Positions 13,131-30,108 of a DNA stretch of 64,000 bases are shown here, piece after piece. The position numbers and the translations under genes were made by a program. The stretch is from an uncultured Acidobacteriota bacterium (GTDB taxonomy: Bacteria; Acidobacteriota; Vicinamibacteria; Fen-336): the NCBI GenBank assembly GCA_963703985.1, contig CAVPGH010000001.1, forward strand, positions 474,677 to 538,676. Reading direction: 5' to 3'. How positions within the stretch are numbered: the stretch's first letter is position 1; each line of letters begins with the position of its first letter. The notes below the pieces were generated by a model. That model had not been told where the DNA came from. It searched no databases and saw only the letters and a program-made list of their open reading frames with translations.

Positions 13131-13835
13131 CTAGCGGGACGTCGGGGCTCCCCGCGGGGCGGGGCGGGCGCCACCGTGACCCGGCGGTCGCTCCCCTCCC
13201 CCACGCTGTACGTGACCACCCCCTCCACCTGGCTCAGCGCCACGTGGACGACCCGCCGCTCGTAGGCGTTCAGCGGTCCGGTGGTGCGGGCCACCCCGTC
13301 TTCCCGGACGGCCGTGGCCAGGGTCAGGGCCGGTCTCGCAGGACCTGCGTCGCGGCGCTCGCGGAAGCCCTCGCACTCCAGGCGCAACGGCTCCTCGCCC
13401 CCCGCCGTCGCGAACACCCGCTGCAGCAGGTGTTCGAGCGAGCGAAGGACCGCTCCCTCGCCGTCGGGCCGAGGAAGAAGCCCGTATCCGACCCGGACAG
13501 GCGGACGCGAAGGCTCCCCTCCTCTTCGACCACCTCCGCCTCGACGTCCAGCCCTCGCCGCCTCGGCCAGGGCTCGGAGGACGCCGCGGACCTCGGCCCG
13601 CGGATCGGCGTTCCCGGAGAGCGGCCGGTGCCGCGGCCGACGACGCCGGGGCAGCCGGCGAAGACGCGTCCAGCAGCACCGCGATGCGGGCGGGGCTCGG
13701 CTTCACGCCCCGGCCGCCCGGGGACCCCGGATCGAGCACGACGTAGCGGAGGGCGCCCTCGGGCAGGCCCAGCGCCCGCGCCGCGGCCGCCACCGCCTCC
13801 TTGACGTCCCGCCCGCTGAAGACCCGGTCCTTCAC
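13131..13835 (-). CDS. jag: Jag/EloR/KhpB-family RNA-binding protein (Jag_N, KH, R3H; indels)
   Basis: FSGRDVKEAVAAAARALG at the N-terminus and PLNAYERRVVHVAL...TYSVGEGSDRRV (R3H) at the C-terminus; follows yidC. Confidence 0.8.
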   Translation of the reverse strand: MKDRVFSGRDVKEAVAAAARALGLPEGALRYVVLDPGSPGGRGVKPSPARIAVLLDASSPAAPASSAAAPAALRERRSAGRGPRRPPSPGRGGEGWTSRRRWSKRRGAFASACPGRIRASSSARRRGSGPSLARTPAAAGVRDGGGRGAVAPGVRGLPRAPRRRSCETGPDPGHGRPGRRGGPHHRTAERLRAAGRPRGAEPGGGGGHVQRGGGERPPGHGGARPAPRGAPTSR

Positions 13836-15525
13836 CGGGACCGCCGCTCCTTCGCCTCGGCGCCGTCGCGCCCGCCCAGCAGTCGCAGGGTCACTGCCTG
13901 CTGGACGATCGAGCACAGGTTGCAGGCGAGCCAGTAGAGGTTGAGCCCGGCGGGCGCCCAGAGGAACATCCCGGACAGCATGAGGGGCATGATCATCATG
14001 ACCCGCTGCTGGGCGGGGTCCATGTGGTCGGCATCATCTTCTGCATCAGGAACATCGAGAGCGCCCATGAGCACCGGGGTGAGGAACGAGGGGTCCTTGC
14101 TGGGAGAGGTCCGGGATCCAGAGGAAGCGGCGCCCCCCGGAGCTCGATGGAGACCTGAGCACGCGGTAGAACGCGATGAGGAAGGGCATGGTCAGGAGGA
14201 TCGGAAGGCAGCCCACGAACATCTGCGTCCCCATGCTCATGCCGTGGCTTGGCGTAGAGCGCGGCCATCTCCTTCTGCATCTCCTGGCGCTTCGGATCCA
14301 TGATCGGGACCTTGCGGTAGCGCTCCTGGATGACCTTCATCTCCGGGCGCCATCTTCGCCATCTTGAGCCCGTTGGCGATGCTGTAGTGCCGGAAGGGCG
14401 CCATGACCAGGTTGATGAGCACGGTCAGGACGACGATCGACCACCCGTAGTTGCCCACGTGGCCGTGCACCCACCGCAGCAGGGCGCATGAGGGGGACGA
14501 CGATGCGGCCCGATCCAGTCCCCGACCGGCACCGCCGCCTGCGAGCCCGTGGCCGGCACCGCTCCAGCTCGTGGTAGTCCTTGGGGCCCACGTAGAGGAG
14601 GGCGGGCTCCGGGCGCCCGGCGAGGTCGATCGCCACCACCGGCACCGTCTCCGTCTTCCCGTCCTCCCCCGGGGGAAAGTGGAACGGGGCGCACCTCGGC
14701 GGTCCCGATCCCCCCGGGGGCACGAACAGCGCAGCGAAGTAGTGGCTCTCCACCCCGACCCAGCGGACGCCTTCCAGCGTCCGACTCGTCTCGAGCTTGG
14801 CCACGGGAACGCGCTCCACCTCTGCGCCGCGAGGGCGATCCCTTGCGGCGGGCTGGTACCCCTGGACCTCGCGCTCTTCGGCGGCGTCGGGTTGCCGACC
14901 CCGGGCCCCAGAGGAGCTTGCACCGGCAGCTCCTCGCCCCCCCGGCGCACGGACACCCGCACCGAGACCAGGTAGCCGCGGGCGGGAGGATGAAGCTCCT
15001 TCTCCGCCGCGATCTCACCGTCCGCGAAGTCGAAGCGCAGCGGTGCGCGGGGCCCGACGGCCCGCAGGCGTCAGGGTCTCCGCCGAGGGCTTGAAGAGCG
15101 CCGTCCCGCAGCCGGGCGATCCACGCTGGGCTCGCCGGTCTCGAGGTCGAGCGGCCGGGGACCGCCGGGGGCGGCGCTGCACCATCTCCTCGGCGCGGCC
15201 CCGCGTGTCCAGGAAGCGGGGCAGCCGCCAGGACACGAGGCGGGCCCCGCGGTTCGTGAACGCGATGGCCAGGTCGCGTCCGGCCACTTCGACCCTCCGC
15301 TCGCTCGCGTCCGTGACCGGGGGCAGGGACGGGGCGCGGGCCGGGGTGGCTCGGGGCGGCTCGGGTGCTCTGGGCGCCGGCGGAGCCGGGCTCGGGGGGT
15401 GCTGGTGGCCGGCCGCGCCTTCGCGACCTCCGGGGCGGGCGGGGCGCGGGCGGGAAGAGAAGGCTGTAGGCGGTCAGGACGAGCAGCGACAGGGCGACGG
15501 CGAGCAGCAGACGACGTTCTTCCAT
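13832..15525 (-). CDS. yidC: Membrane protein insertase YidC (multiple indels)
   Basis: MEERRLLLAVALS, FTNRGARLVSW, YVGPKDY, GNYGWSIVVLTVLI, GCLPILLTMPF, FLWIPDLS, DPAQQRVMMIMP, GLNLYW. Confidence 0.93.
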
Positions 15526-15571
15526 CGATGCTTCTACAAGGGTGCCGAAAAAGCGTGGGCTGAAGGGAACA

Positions 15572-15810
15572 CTACCGCACCCGGCTAAGGGACGGGGTCG
15601 TGGCCGCCGGGATGGAACGGATGGCAGCGCAGGAGCCGCCGGAGGGCGAGGCGCGTGCCCCGCGGCGCGCTCCGTGCCGGCGGAGCGCCTCCTGGGCGTA
15701 CACGCTGCAGCTCGGGACGTAGCGGCAGTGGCCGCCCAGGAGGGGAGAGAGCGTCACGCGGTAGGCCTCAACGAAGAGGAGGAGGGCGTGCGCGCCGGGG
15801 CCCGGGCGCG
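15572..15810 (-). CDS. yidD: Membrane protein insertion efficiency factor (start approximate)
   Basis: [27 protein letters not shown]; the C-terminal [14 protein letters not shown] appears after a frameshift. Confidence 0.88.
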
Positions 15811-16165
15811 GCGCGGCGAGAGGAGTTGGCGGAGGCGCTCTCGGTATTCACGGTCCACCTCGGCCTGCGATCTGTCCCACGATCTCGGGCTTCGGGATGA
15901 GGACGAGGTCGAAGCCGCGGCCGCTCCCGCTGGGTGACCGGCGGAAGCTCTCGCGCAGCAGCCGCTTGGCCCGGTTGCGCACCACCGCCTTCCCGAGCCG
16001 CCGGCTGACGGTCAGGCCCAGCCGTCGAGCGCGCCGTCGTCGCGGGCCGCCGCCACCAGCACGAAGAGGGCGCCGTCGAGGCGCCAGCCGCCCGCGCAGC
16101 ACGCGCCGGAAGTCCGAGCCCCGGCGGAGCCGCTGGCGAGGTCGGAAGCGCGCCCCCGTCGACAT
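15800..16165 (-). CDS. rnpA: Ribonuclease P protein component (indels; end approximate)
   Basis: RLGLTVSRRLGKAVVRNRAKRLLRESFR (RNR motif) and DLVLIPK. Confidence 0.92.
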
Positions 16166-16177
16166 GGGCCTCGGCCT

Positions 16178-16312
16178 TCAGGCGGACAGCCGCTTCCGTC
16201 CCTTCTGTCGGCGCCGCTTCAGGACCAGCCGGCCACCCTTGGTCCGCATGCGCACCAGGAAGCCGTGCGTCCGCTTGCGCTTCCGGTTGTTGGGCTGGAA
16301 CGTCCTCTTCAT
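16178..16312 (-). CDS. rpmH: 50S ribosomal protein L34 (44 aa; below the ORF-track cutoff)
   Basis: [44 protein letters not shown]. Confidence 0.99.
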   Translation of the reverse strand: MKRTFQPNNRKRKRTHGFLVRMRTKGGRLVLKRRRQKGRKRLSA

Positions 16313-16387
16313 TTCGACCCCTCATTCGCCGCAGTTTCGTCGGGCCTCGTGCCCTCGCTGCCACCCTCGTTGCAGGACAAACCCAAC

Positions 16388-16417
16388 ACTCTAGGCGGGA
16401 CCTGTGACTCCTGTCAA
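16388..16417 (-). promoter_or_regulatory. Putative sigma70 promoter of rpmH-rnpA-yidD-yidC
   Basis: Minus strand TTGACA-18 nt-TAGAGT. Confidence 0.6.
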
Positions 16418-16419
16418 CT

Positions 16420-16700
16420 CTTGCGCCACGGCGCGGTCCGGCCGGATCCTTGTCTCGCGCTCGGAAGCTGTGATAGCCTCAGGGACTCTCAGGGCAGCGA
16501 ACGCATCCAGCCTTCCCGAGTCCCTGAGAGCCTCTTTTCCACAGGTGTTGAAATCTCTGTGCAAAAGGCACTTCGGGCGCGAGCCGCCGCCTCGGGCATC
16601 CTTGTCTTTGTATTGTAAGTTGTTTATATTCAACGCATTGTGCGGTTCGTTAGGCTACGGTCCGGCGGGGAGCCGGGGCGGCGAAATGCCCCCCGGAACG
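16420..16700. other. oriC, part upstream of dnaA
   Basis: DnaA-box-like TTTTCCACA (16535-16543) and inverted TGTGCAAAA (16558-16566), plus an AT-rich stretch at about 16601-16640, between rpmH and dnaA. Confidence 0.65.
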
Positions 16701-16705
16701 TGCCC

Positions 16706-18014
16706 GTGAACCTCTGGGACGAGGTGCTGGCGAAGGTCGAGGCGAAGGTCAACCGCCACAGCTTCGCCACCTGGTTCCGGCCCACCACGTTCCTCTCCCT
16801 GCAGGAGGGCGCGGCTCCGCGTGCGGCGTGCCCAACGCTCAGTTCAAGGACTGGCTCACCAAGAACTACCAGGGCGTGCATCGCCGAAGCCCTCCAGGAG
16901 CTCGGCCGCGAGAAGGCTGCACGTGGTGTTCGAGGACGAGCCGGACGGCGAGCGCTCTTCCCGAGGCCGCCGCCTCCCGCGGAGCGCGAGACGTCCCTCG
17001 CCTCAACCCCAAGTACACGTTCGAGAGCTTCGTGGTCGGCTCCTCCAACCAGTTCGCCCACGCCGCCGCCCGCGCGGTGGCCGAGATCCCGTCGCAAGTC
17101 CTACAACCCGCTCTTCATCTACGGCGGCGTGGGCCTCGGCAAGACCCACCTCATGCACGCCATCGGCCACTACATCCAGGCCCGCAGACCGCGCAGCTGA
17201 ACCTCCTCTACATCTCCTCCGACCGCTTCATCAACGAGATGATCAACGCCATCCGCTTCGACCGCCTGCCCGCCTTCCGCCAGAAGTACCGCGCGATCGA
17301 CGTGCTCCTCGTCGACGACATCCAGTTCATCGCGGGCAAGGACCGCACCCAGGAGGAGTTCTTCCACATCTTCAACGCCCTCCACGACGCGCCAGAAGCA
17401 GATCGTGATCTCCAGCGACTGCCCGCCCCGCCAGATCCCGACCCTCGAGGAGCGTCTCCACAGCCGCTTCGAATGGGGCCTCATCGCCGACATCCAGGCC
17501 CCCGACATCGAGACCAAGGTCGCCATCCTCCGCAAGAAGGCGGAGGCCGAGCGGGTCGAGACTCCCGGAGAACGTCGCCCTCTTCATCGCGAGCAAGGTC
17601 AAGACCAACATCCGCGAGCTCGAGGGCAGCCTCATCCGGCTCATCGCCTACGCCAGCCTCACCGGCCGCGACATCGACCTGCCCCTCGCCCAGGAGATCC
17701 TGCGCGACCTCCTCCACACCGAGGACAAGCCGATCACGATCGAGATGATCCAGAAGTTCGTGGCCGACCACTACAACGTGAAGCTCGCCGAGCTCAAGGC
17801 CAAGAACAACTCCAAGGCGGTGGCGGTGCCCCGCCAGATCGCCATGTACCTCACCAAGACCCTGACCGACGCCTCCCTCCCCGAGATCGGCAAGGGCTTC
17901 GGCGGCAAGCACCACTCCACGGTCATCCACTCCGTCCGCAAGATCGACGGCCTGCGCAAGCGCGACCCCGAGTTCGACAGGCTCATCAACAGCTTCGTCC
18001 AAGCCTTTCGATGA
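16706..18014 (+). CDS. dnaA: Chromosomal replication initiator DnaA (indels)
   Basis: [69 protein letters not shown]. Confidence 0.98.
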
Positions 18015-18248
18015 GGTTGCGCCGCTTTTCCACGACGCGCGACCCGCCACGCGCCCGCGGCTCCGGTCGCGTTCCCGGCATCCGCAGCGACGGCGACTCT
18101 CGGCCTCGTCCATCCATCCACAGCGCGGCCCACAGCGCAAGCCCCTTCCCGCTCAGGTCTTCGAGGCGCGAATCCACATTTCCACACGCCTCTCTCCGTT
18201 CATCTTGAATATCTCTCCTGGATGAGAGATCACTGAAGGTAAGAGACC
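18015..18248. other. dnaA-dnaN intergenic DnaA-box cluster (second oriC part)
   Basis: Degenerate boxes TTTTCCACG (18026-18034), CCATCCACA (18114-18122), GAATCCACA (18170-18178) and ATTTCCACA (18178-18186), followed by an AT-richer stretch. Confidence 0.55.
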
Positions 18249-19365
18249 ATGGAGATCATCGTCCGCAAGAACGACCTCGTGAAGGAGCTGCAGCTCGTCC
18301 AGGGGATCGTGGAGCGGAAGAACTCGATCCCGATCCTCTCCAACGTCCTCGCGGAGGCGCGGGGCGGGAAGCTCCGGATCTCGGCCACCGACCTCGACGT
18401 CTCCCTGCGCTGCGGCTGCGCGGCCCAGGTGGTCGAAGGAGGGCGCGATCACCCTCGGCGCCAAGAAGCTCTACGAGATCGCGCGCTCCCTCCCGGAGAG
18501 CGACGTCCAGATCAAGGTGCTGCCGGACTCCTGGGCCACCATCGAGTGCGAGCGCGTCCAGCTTCAAGATGGCGGGGCTGCCCCGGGAGGACTTCCCGAC
18601 CCTGCCCGAGGGCGAAGGCGGGCAAGGGCGATCGAGATCCCGGCGGAGGTGCTGCGGGACCTCATCAGCCCGCACCGCCTTCGCGATCACCGCCGAGGAC
18701 GCCCGCTACTACCTGGCGGGGGCCCTCCTGGTCCTGGACAAGGACGAGCGCGGCGATGGTGGCCACCGACGGCCACCGGCTGTCCTACGCCCGGCGAAGG
18801 CGGCGCTGCGCGGTCGCCGGAGCCCGATGCGCGTGCTCGTGCCGCGCAAGGCGATCCACGAGCTGGCGCGGCTCCTCGAGGGAGAAGAGGCGGTCACGTT
18901 CCAGCAGGTGGAGAACCACCTCGTGTTCTCCGTGGGGGGCCGCGTCGCTCGCCTCGAAGATGATCGAGGGGCAGTTCCCGGCGTTCGAGAAGGTGATCGC
19001 GGTCACCGGAGACAAGAGCGTGCGAACTGGACGCGGGAGGGGCTGGCGACCGCCATCCGGCGCGTGAGCCTGCTCTCCTCCGAGCGGAGCCGGGCCGTCA
19101 AGCTGGCGCTCGGCGCGGGCAAGCTGGAGCTCGCCGCCTCCTCCCCCGACCTCGGCGAGGCCAAGGAGTCCATGCCCGCCGAGTACAAGGGAGACGCGGT
19201 CGAGATCGGCTTCAACGCGCAGTACCTGCTCGATTTTCTCGGGGTGGCCGGCGGGCGACACGGTCGCGCTCGAGCTGAAGGACGCGGAGAGCCAGGGGAT
19301 CTTCCGGCCGTCCGGGGAGATCGGAGACGGACTACCGCTACGTCGTCATGCCGATGCGGTTCTAG
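18249..19365 (+). CDS. dnaN: DNA polymerase III beta sliding clamp (indels)
   Basis: KNSIPILSNVL, ISATDLDV, VATDGHRL, MIEGQFP, IGFNAQYLLD, YVVMPMRF*. Confidence 0.97.
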
Positions 19366-19373
19366 GGCCGGAC

Positions 19374-20468
19374 TTGGTCTGGGTGCGCGGGCTTGTGATC
19401 CGTGACCTCCGGAACATCCAGGAGGCAGCGGTGGAGCTGCATCCGGGGCTGAACGTCTTCGTGGGCGCGCAACGCCCAGGGGAAGACCATCCGTCCTGGA
19501 AGCGGTGGGACTCCTCGCCCGCGGCCGCTCCTTCCGCACCGAAGAGACGCACCACCCTCGTCCGCCGCGGGGCGGGATCGCTCCAGGCGCAGGGCGGGGG
19601 TCAACGGAAGAGACCGGGAGACGATGCTGGAGGTCGAGGTCGGGCCGAGGGTCGGCGATCCTTCCGGGTGGACGGCCGCGACGTGCGCCCGCGCGACTAC
19701 CAGGGCCGGCTGGAGGTCGTCGTCTACTCCACCGACCGCCTGCGCGTGGTGCGGGGCACCATGCGCGAGCGCCGACAGTTCCTGGACCGCGGCGCCGCCG
19801 CGCTCTGGCCGGCCTACGCGCCAGGCTGCTCGCGATTACGAGCGCGTGCGGCTCCAGCGCAACGCGTCGCTCGAGTCCAGCGGCGCGCCGATCTGCCGCC
19901 TGGGACGAGCGCTTCGTGGAGCTCGGCGCGGCGCTCCGGGCTCGCCGCGCCGTCTACGTGGAGCGGCTCGCGCGCGGCCCTCCCGGCGGGCTTCCGGCCC
20001 GGCGCGGAGAGGCGTACGACGTGCAGCCTGCGCCGAGCGCCGCACCGGGCGCGCGAGGCCGACGCAGCGAGAGCTGCTCGCGCGCCGAGATCGCGCGCGG
20101 GCGCGGCGCAGGAGATCCGGCGCCGGCCGCAGCCTCGTCGGACCCGCACCGCGACGGCGTCGCGCCTGACCATCGACGGCGAGGAGGCGTCCGCCGAAGC
20201 CTCCTCCGGGCCAGGCCCGCAGCCTGCTGCTCGCGCTGACCCTGGCCGCGCTTCGAGGTCTACCGCGAGGAGCGCGGCCGCTCCGCGGTGGCGCTCCTCG
20301 ACGACCTCGACTCCGAGCTGGACGAGGAGCGGGCGGCGCGCCCTCTGCCGGAGGTGGCGGCGCGCGGCCAGGCCCTGGTCACCACCGCCCATCCGGCGTG
20401 GGCGCAGCGGCTCGCGCGACCTGGGCCGGCTCTTTCACGTCTCCGCGGGCGAGGTCCGGTGCGCCTGA
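19374..20468 (+). CDS. recF: DNA replication and repair protein RecF (indels)
   Basis: LRNIQEAAVELHPGLNVFVG.NAQGKT, ERRQFLDRG, GPHRD, LLDDLDSELD. Confidence 0.9.
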   Translation: MVWVRGLVIRDLRNIQEAAVELHPGLNVFVGAQRPGEDHPSWKRWDSSPAAAPSAPKRRTTLVRRGAGSLQAQGGGQRKRPGDDAGGRGRAEGRRSFRVDGRDVRPRDYQGRLEVVVYSTDRLRVVRGTMRERRQFLDRGAAALWPAYAPGCSRLRARAAPAQRVARVQRRADLPPGTSASWSSARRSGLAAPSTWSGSRAALPAGFRPGAERRTTCSLRRAPHRAREADAARAARAPRSRAGAAQEIRRRPQPRRTRTATASRLTIDGEEASAEASSGPGPQPAARADPGRASRSTARSAAAPRWRSSTTSTPSWTRSGRRALCRRWRRAARPWSPPPIRRGRSGSRDLGRLFHVSAGEVRCA

Positions 20469-20499
20469 CCGTCTCCGCGGCGACCCTCACCAGGGAATC

Positions 20500-22921
<2,422 letters not shown>

Positions 22922-22923
22922 AC

Positions 22924-25396
22924 ATGGCCGACGAACAGCCCCGATCGCCGCAGAACAAGATCCCCACCAACATCGCGGACGAGATGCGGCAGTCCTACAT
23001 GGACTACGCGATGTCCGTCATCATCGGCCGTGCCCTGCCCGACGTGCGGGACGGGCTCAAGCCCGCGAACCGGCGGGTGCTCTACGGCATGCAGCAGATG
23101 GGCCTGCAGCCGGGCCGGCCCTACCGGAAGTGCGCCAAGATCGTGGGCGAGGTGATGGGCAACTACCACCCCCACGGCGACGCCGCCATCTACGACACCC
23201 TCGTGCGCATGGCCCAGCACTTGAACATGCGGGCGCCCCTCGTGGACGGCCAGGGGAACTTCGGCTCGCGTGGACGGCGACCCCCCCGCGGCCCAGCGCT
23301 ACACGGAGGCCCGGCTCACCCGGCTCGGCGCCTCCATGATGGCGGACATCGAGAAGGAGACCGTCGACTTCTCAGCCCACCTACGACGACAGCTCGGTGG
23401 AGCCCACGGTGCTCCCCACGGTGCTCCCCAACCTGCTCGTGAACGGCGCGGCGGGGATCGCGGTGGGCATGGCCACCAACATCCCGCCCCACAACCTCGG
23501 GGAGGTGGTGGACGGGCTCGTCTTCCTCGCTCGAGAACCACCGACCTCACCCCCGACGAGCGCCTCGAGGGCCTGGTGCGAGCGCATCCCCGGCCCCGAC
23601 TTCCCCACCGCCGGCTTCATCCTCGGCCGCTCGGGGATCCGCTCAGGCCTACCGCACCGGCCGGGGCTCGATCGTGATGCGGGCGCGGGCGGAGATCGAG
23701 ACCAGGAAGGGCGACCGCGAGTCGATCGTGGTCACCGAGATCCCCTACCAGGTCAACAAGGCCCGTCTCATCGAGCGGATCGCGGAGCTCGTCCGCGAGG
23801 AGAAGATCGAGGGGATCGCGGACATCCGCGACGAGAGCGACCGGCAGGGGCATGCGCATCGTGGTCGACGTCAAGAAGGGCGAGCCCAGCCAGGTCATCC
23901 TCAACAACCTCTACAAGCACACCCCGCTGCAGGACACCTTCGGGGTCATCTTCCTGGCCATCGTCGACCAGCGCCCGCGGGTCCTGAACCTGCTCGAGGC
24001 CAGCGAGCTCTTCCTCGACTTCCGGCGCGAGGTCGTGCGGCGCCGGACGTGTCTACGAGCTGCGGAAGGCGGAGGCGCGCGCCCACGTCCTCGAAGGCTA
24101 CGTCATCGCCCTCGACCACCTCGACGAGGTGATCGCGCTCATCCGGGCGGCCAAGACGCCGGCCGAGGCCAAGGTCGGGCTCATCGCCCGCTTCGGCTTC
24201 AGCGAGATCCAGGCCGACGAGATCCTCAAGCTGCAGCTGCAGCGCCTGACCGGCCTCGAGCGCCAGAAGATCGTGGACGAGCTCAAGGAGCTGCGGGTCA
24301 CGATCGCCGATCTCAAGGACATCCTCGCTTCCCCCCGGCGCATCGACGGCATCGTGGTGGACGAGCTCAAGAAGATCCGGGAAGACCACGGCAACCCGCG
24401 GCGCACCGAGATCCTGGACGCGGTGGACGAGATCACGGTCGAGGACATGATCGCGGACGAGGACGTGGCCATCTCCATCACCCACACCGGCTACATCAAG
24501 CGCACGACCATCTCGACCTACCGCGCCCAGAAGCGGGGCGGCCGGGGCCGCGTGGGGATGAAGACGCGGGACGAGGACTTCGTCAGCGATCTCTTCATCG
24601 CCTCCACCCACTCCTACATCCTGATCTTCACGCGACCGTGGCCGGGTCTACTGGCTCAAGGTCCACGAGGTCCCCGACGTGGGGCCCCAGGGGAAGGGCA
24701 AGGCCATCGTGAACCTGGTGTCGTTCCAGCCCGGGGAGAAGATCGCGGCTTTCTGCGCGGTTCGGGCGTTCGACTCCGGGGGGTACGTGCTCCTCGCCAC
24801 CCGCAACGGGATCGTCAAGAAGACGGAGCTCACCGCGTTCTCCAACCCACGCCCGAGCGGCATCATCGGCCTCTCCGTGGAGGAGGGGGACGCGCTCATC
24901 GACGCCGTCGTCACCTCCGGCAAGGACGAGCTGCTCCTGGGCACGCGCGGGGGGATGGCCATCCACTTCGGCGAGGAGGACGTGCGCCCCATGGGCCGGA
25001 CGCGCCTACGGAGTATGGGGCATCGAGCTCGAGGACAAGGACGAGGTCGTGGCCCTCGAGGTGGTGAAGGAGGGGGGCACGGTCCTCACCGTGACCGAGA
25101 ACGGCTACGGCAAGCGGACCGCCCTCGACGAGTACCGGCTGCAGAGCCGCGGGGGGAAGGGCATCATCAACATCAAGACCAGCGGGCGGAACGGGCCGGT
25201 GGTGGGGGTCAAGTTCCTGCAGGGGGACGAGGACGTGATGCTCATCACCGAAAAGGGTATGATCATCCGCCTCAACACGGCGGACATCTCGACCATCGGC
25301 CGGAACACGCAGGGGGTGCGCCTGATCCAGCTCGAAGAGGGCGACCACCTGGTCTCGGTGGCCCGGCTGGCGGAGCGCGAGGAAGGCGAGGATTAA
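22924..25396 (+). CDS. gyrA: DNA gyrase subunit A (indels)
   Basis: [36 protein letters not shown] (catalytic Tyr), GyrA box QKRGGRG, C-terminal pinwheel repeats. Confidence 0.98.
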
Positions 25397-25405
25397 GGAG
25401 GAGCC

Positions 25406-26078
25406 ATGAGCATGCGAGGAGCAGGCCTGGGGGCGGTCCTGGGCGTGGCCGCCCTGAGCGCGGCCTGCGGCGGCCCCGAGAACCGCGTCGTCGACCAGTA
25501 CTTCAACGCCCTCAGAGCCAACGACAACCACGACCCTCACCAGCTTCGCCGCGGTGGCCTTCGACAAGAAGGTTGACGCCTGGAAGATCAAGGGCTCCAC
25601 CCCGGAGACGCGCAGCCCGGCCATCCTCCCCGACCTGTCCAAGAAGGTGGTGGAGCTGGAGACGGAGCTCGCCGCCAACAAGAAGGCGGCGGCGGCGTAC
25701 TCGCTCGAGCACTACGGGGACATCGACAAGGTCAAGGACCTGCAGAAGGCAGGCAAGCCGATCCCGGGGAGCCTCAAGGGCGTTGCCGACCAGTGGGGGC
25801 AGTTCAACGAAAAGAACCGGGACCTGATGAAGGCGCTGGGGGAGGCGAAGGCCGCGGTCGAGAAGGAGAAGCGAAACGCCACGCTCTCCGTGGGCCAGCA
25901 GGAGGACGTGGAGAAGCTGTCGGGCGAGATCGTAAGCAAGCAGGTGGAAGTGGACCTCACCATCGGAGGCCAGGTCCAGCCCTACGTCATGACCCTCCGG
26001 AAGTACGAGCTCACCGGGAGCGGGGGGCCGCGGCAGGTGAGCCGCTGGGTCATCCAGAACATCGCACCCAAGGGTTAG
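25406..26078 (+). CDS. Uncharacterised lipoprotein (one indel near 25530)
   Basis: Strong SD GGAGGAG; signal peptide with lipobox LSAAC; helical or coiled-coil middle; continues into ORF 25554..26078. Confidence 0.75.
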
Positions 26079-26087
26079 TCGCTCGGG

Positions 26088-30104
<4,017 letters not shown>

Positions 30105-30108
30105 GGGA

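Noticed and set aside
16413-16429. Third sigma54 site on the minus strand (TGGCGC-N5-TTGAC) upstream of rpmH
   Set aside because: The -12 element lacks the required GC, and the TTGACA is better explained as a sigma70 -35.
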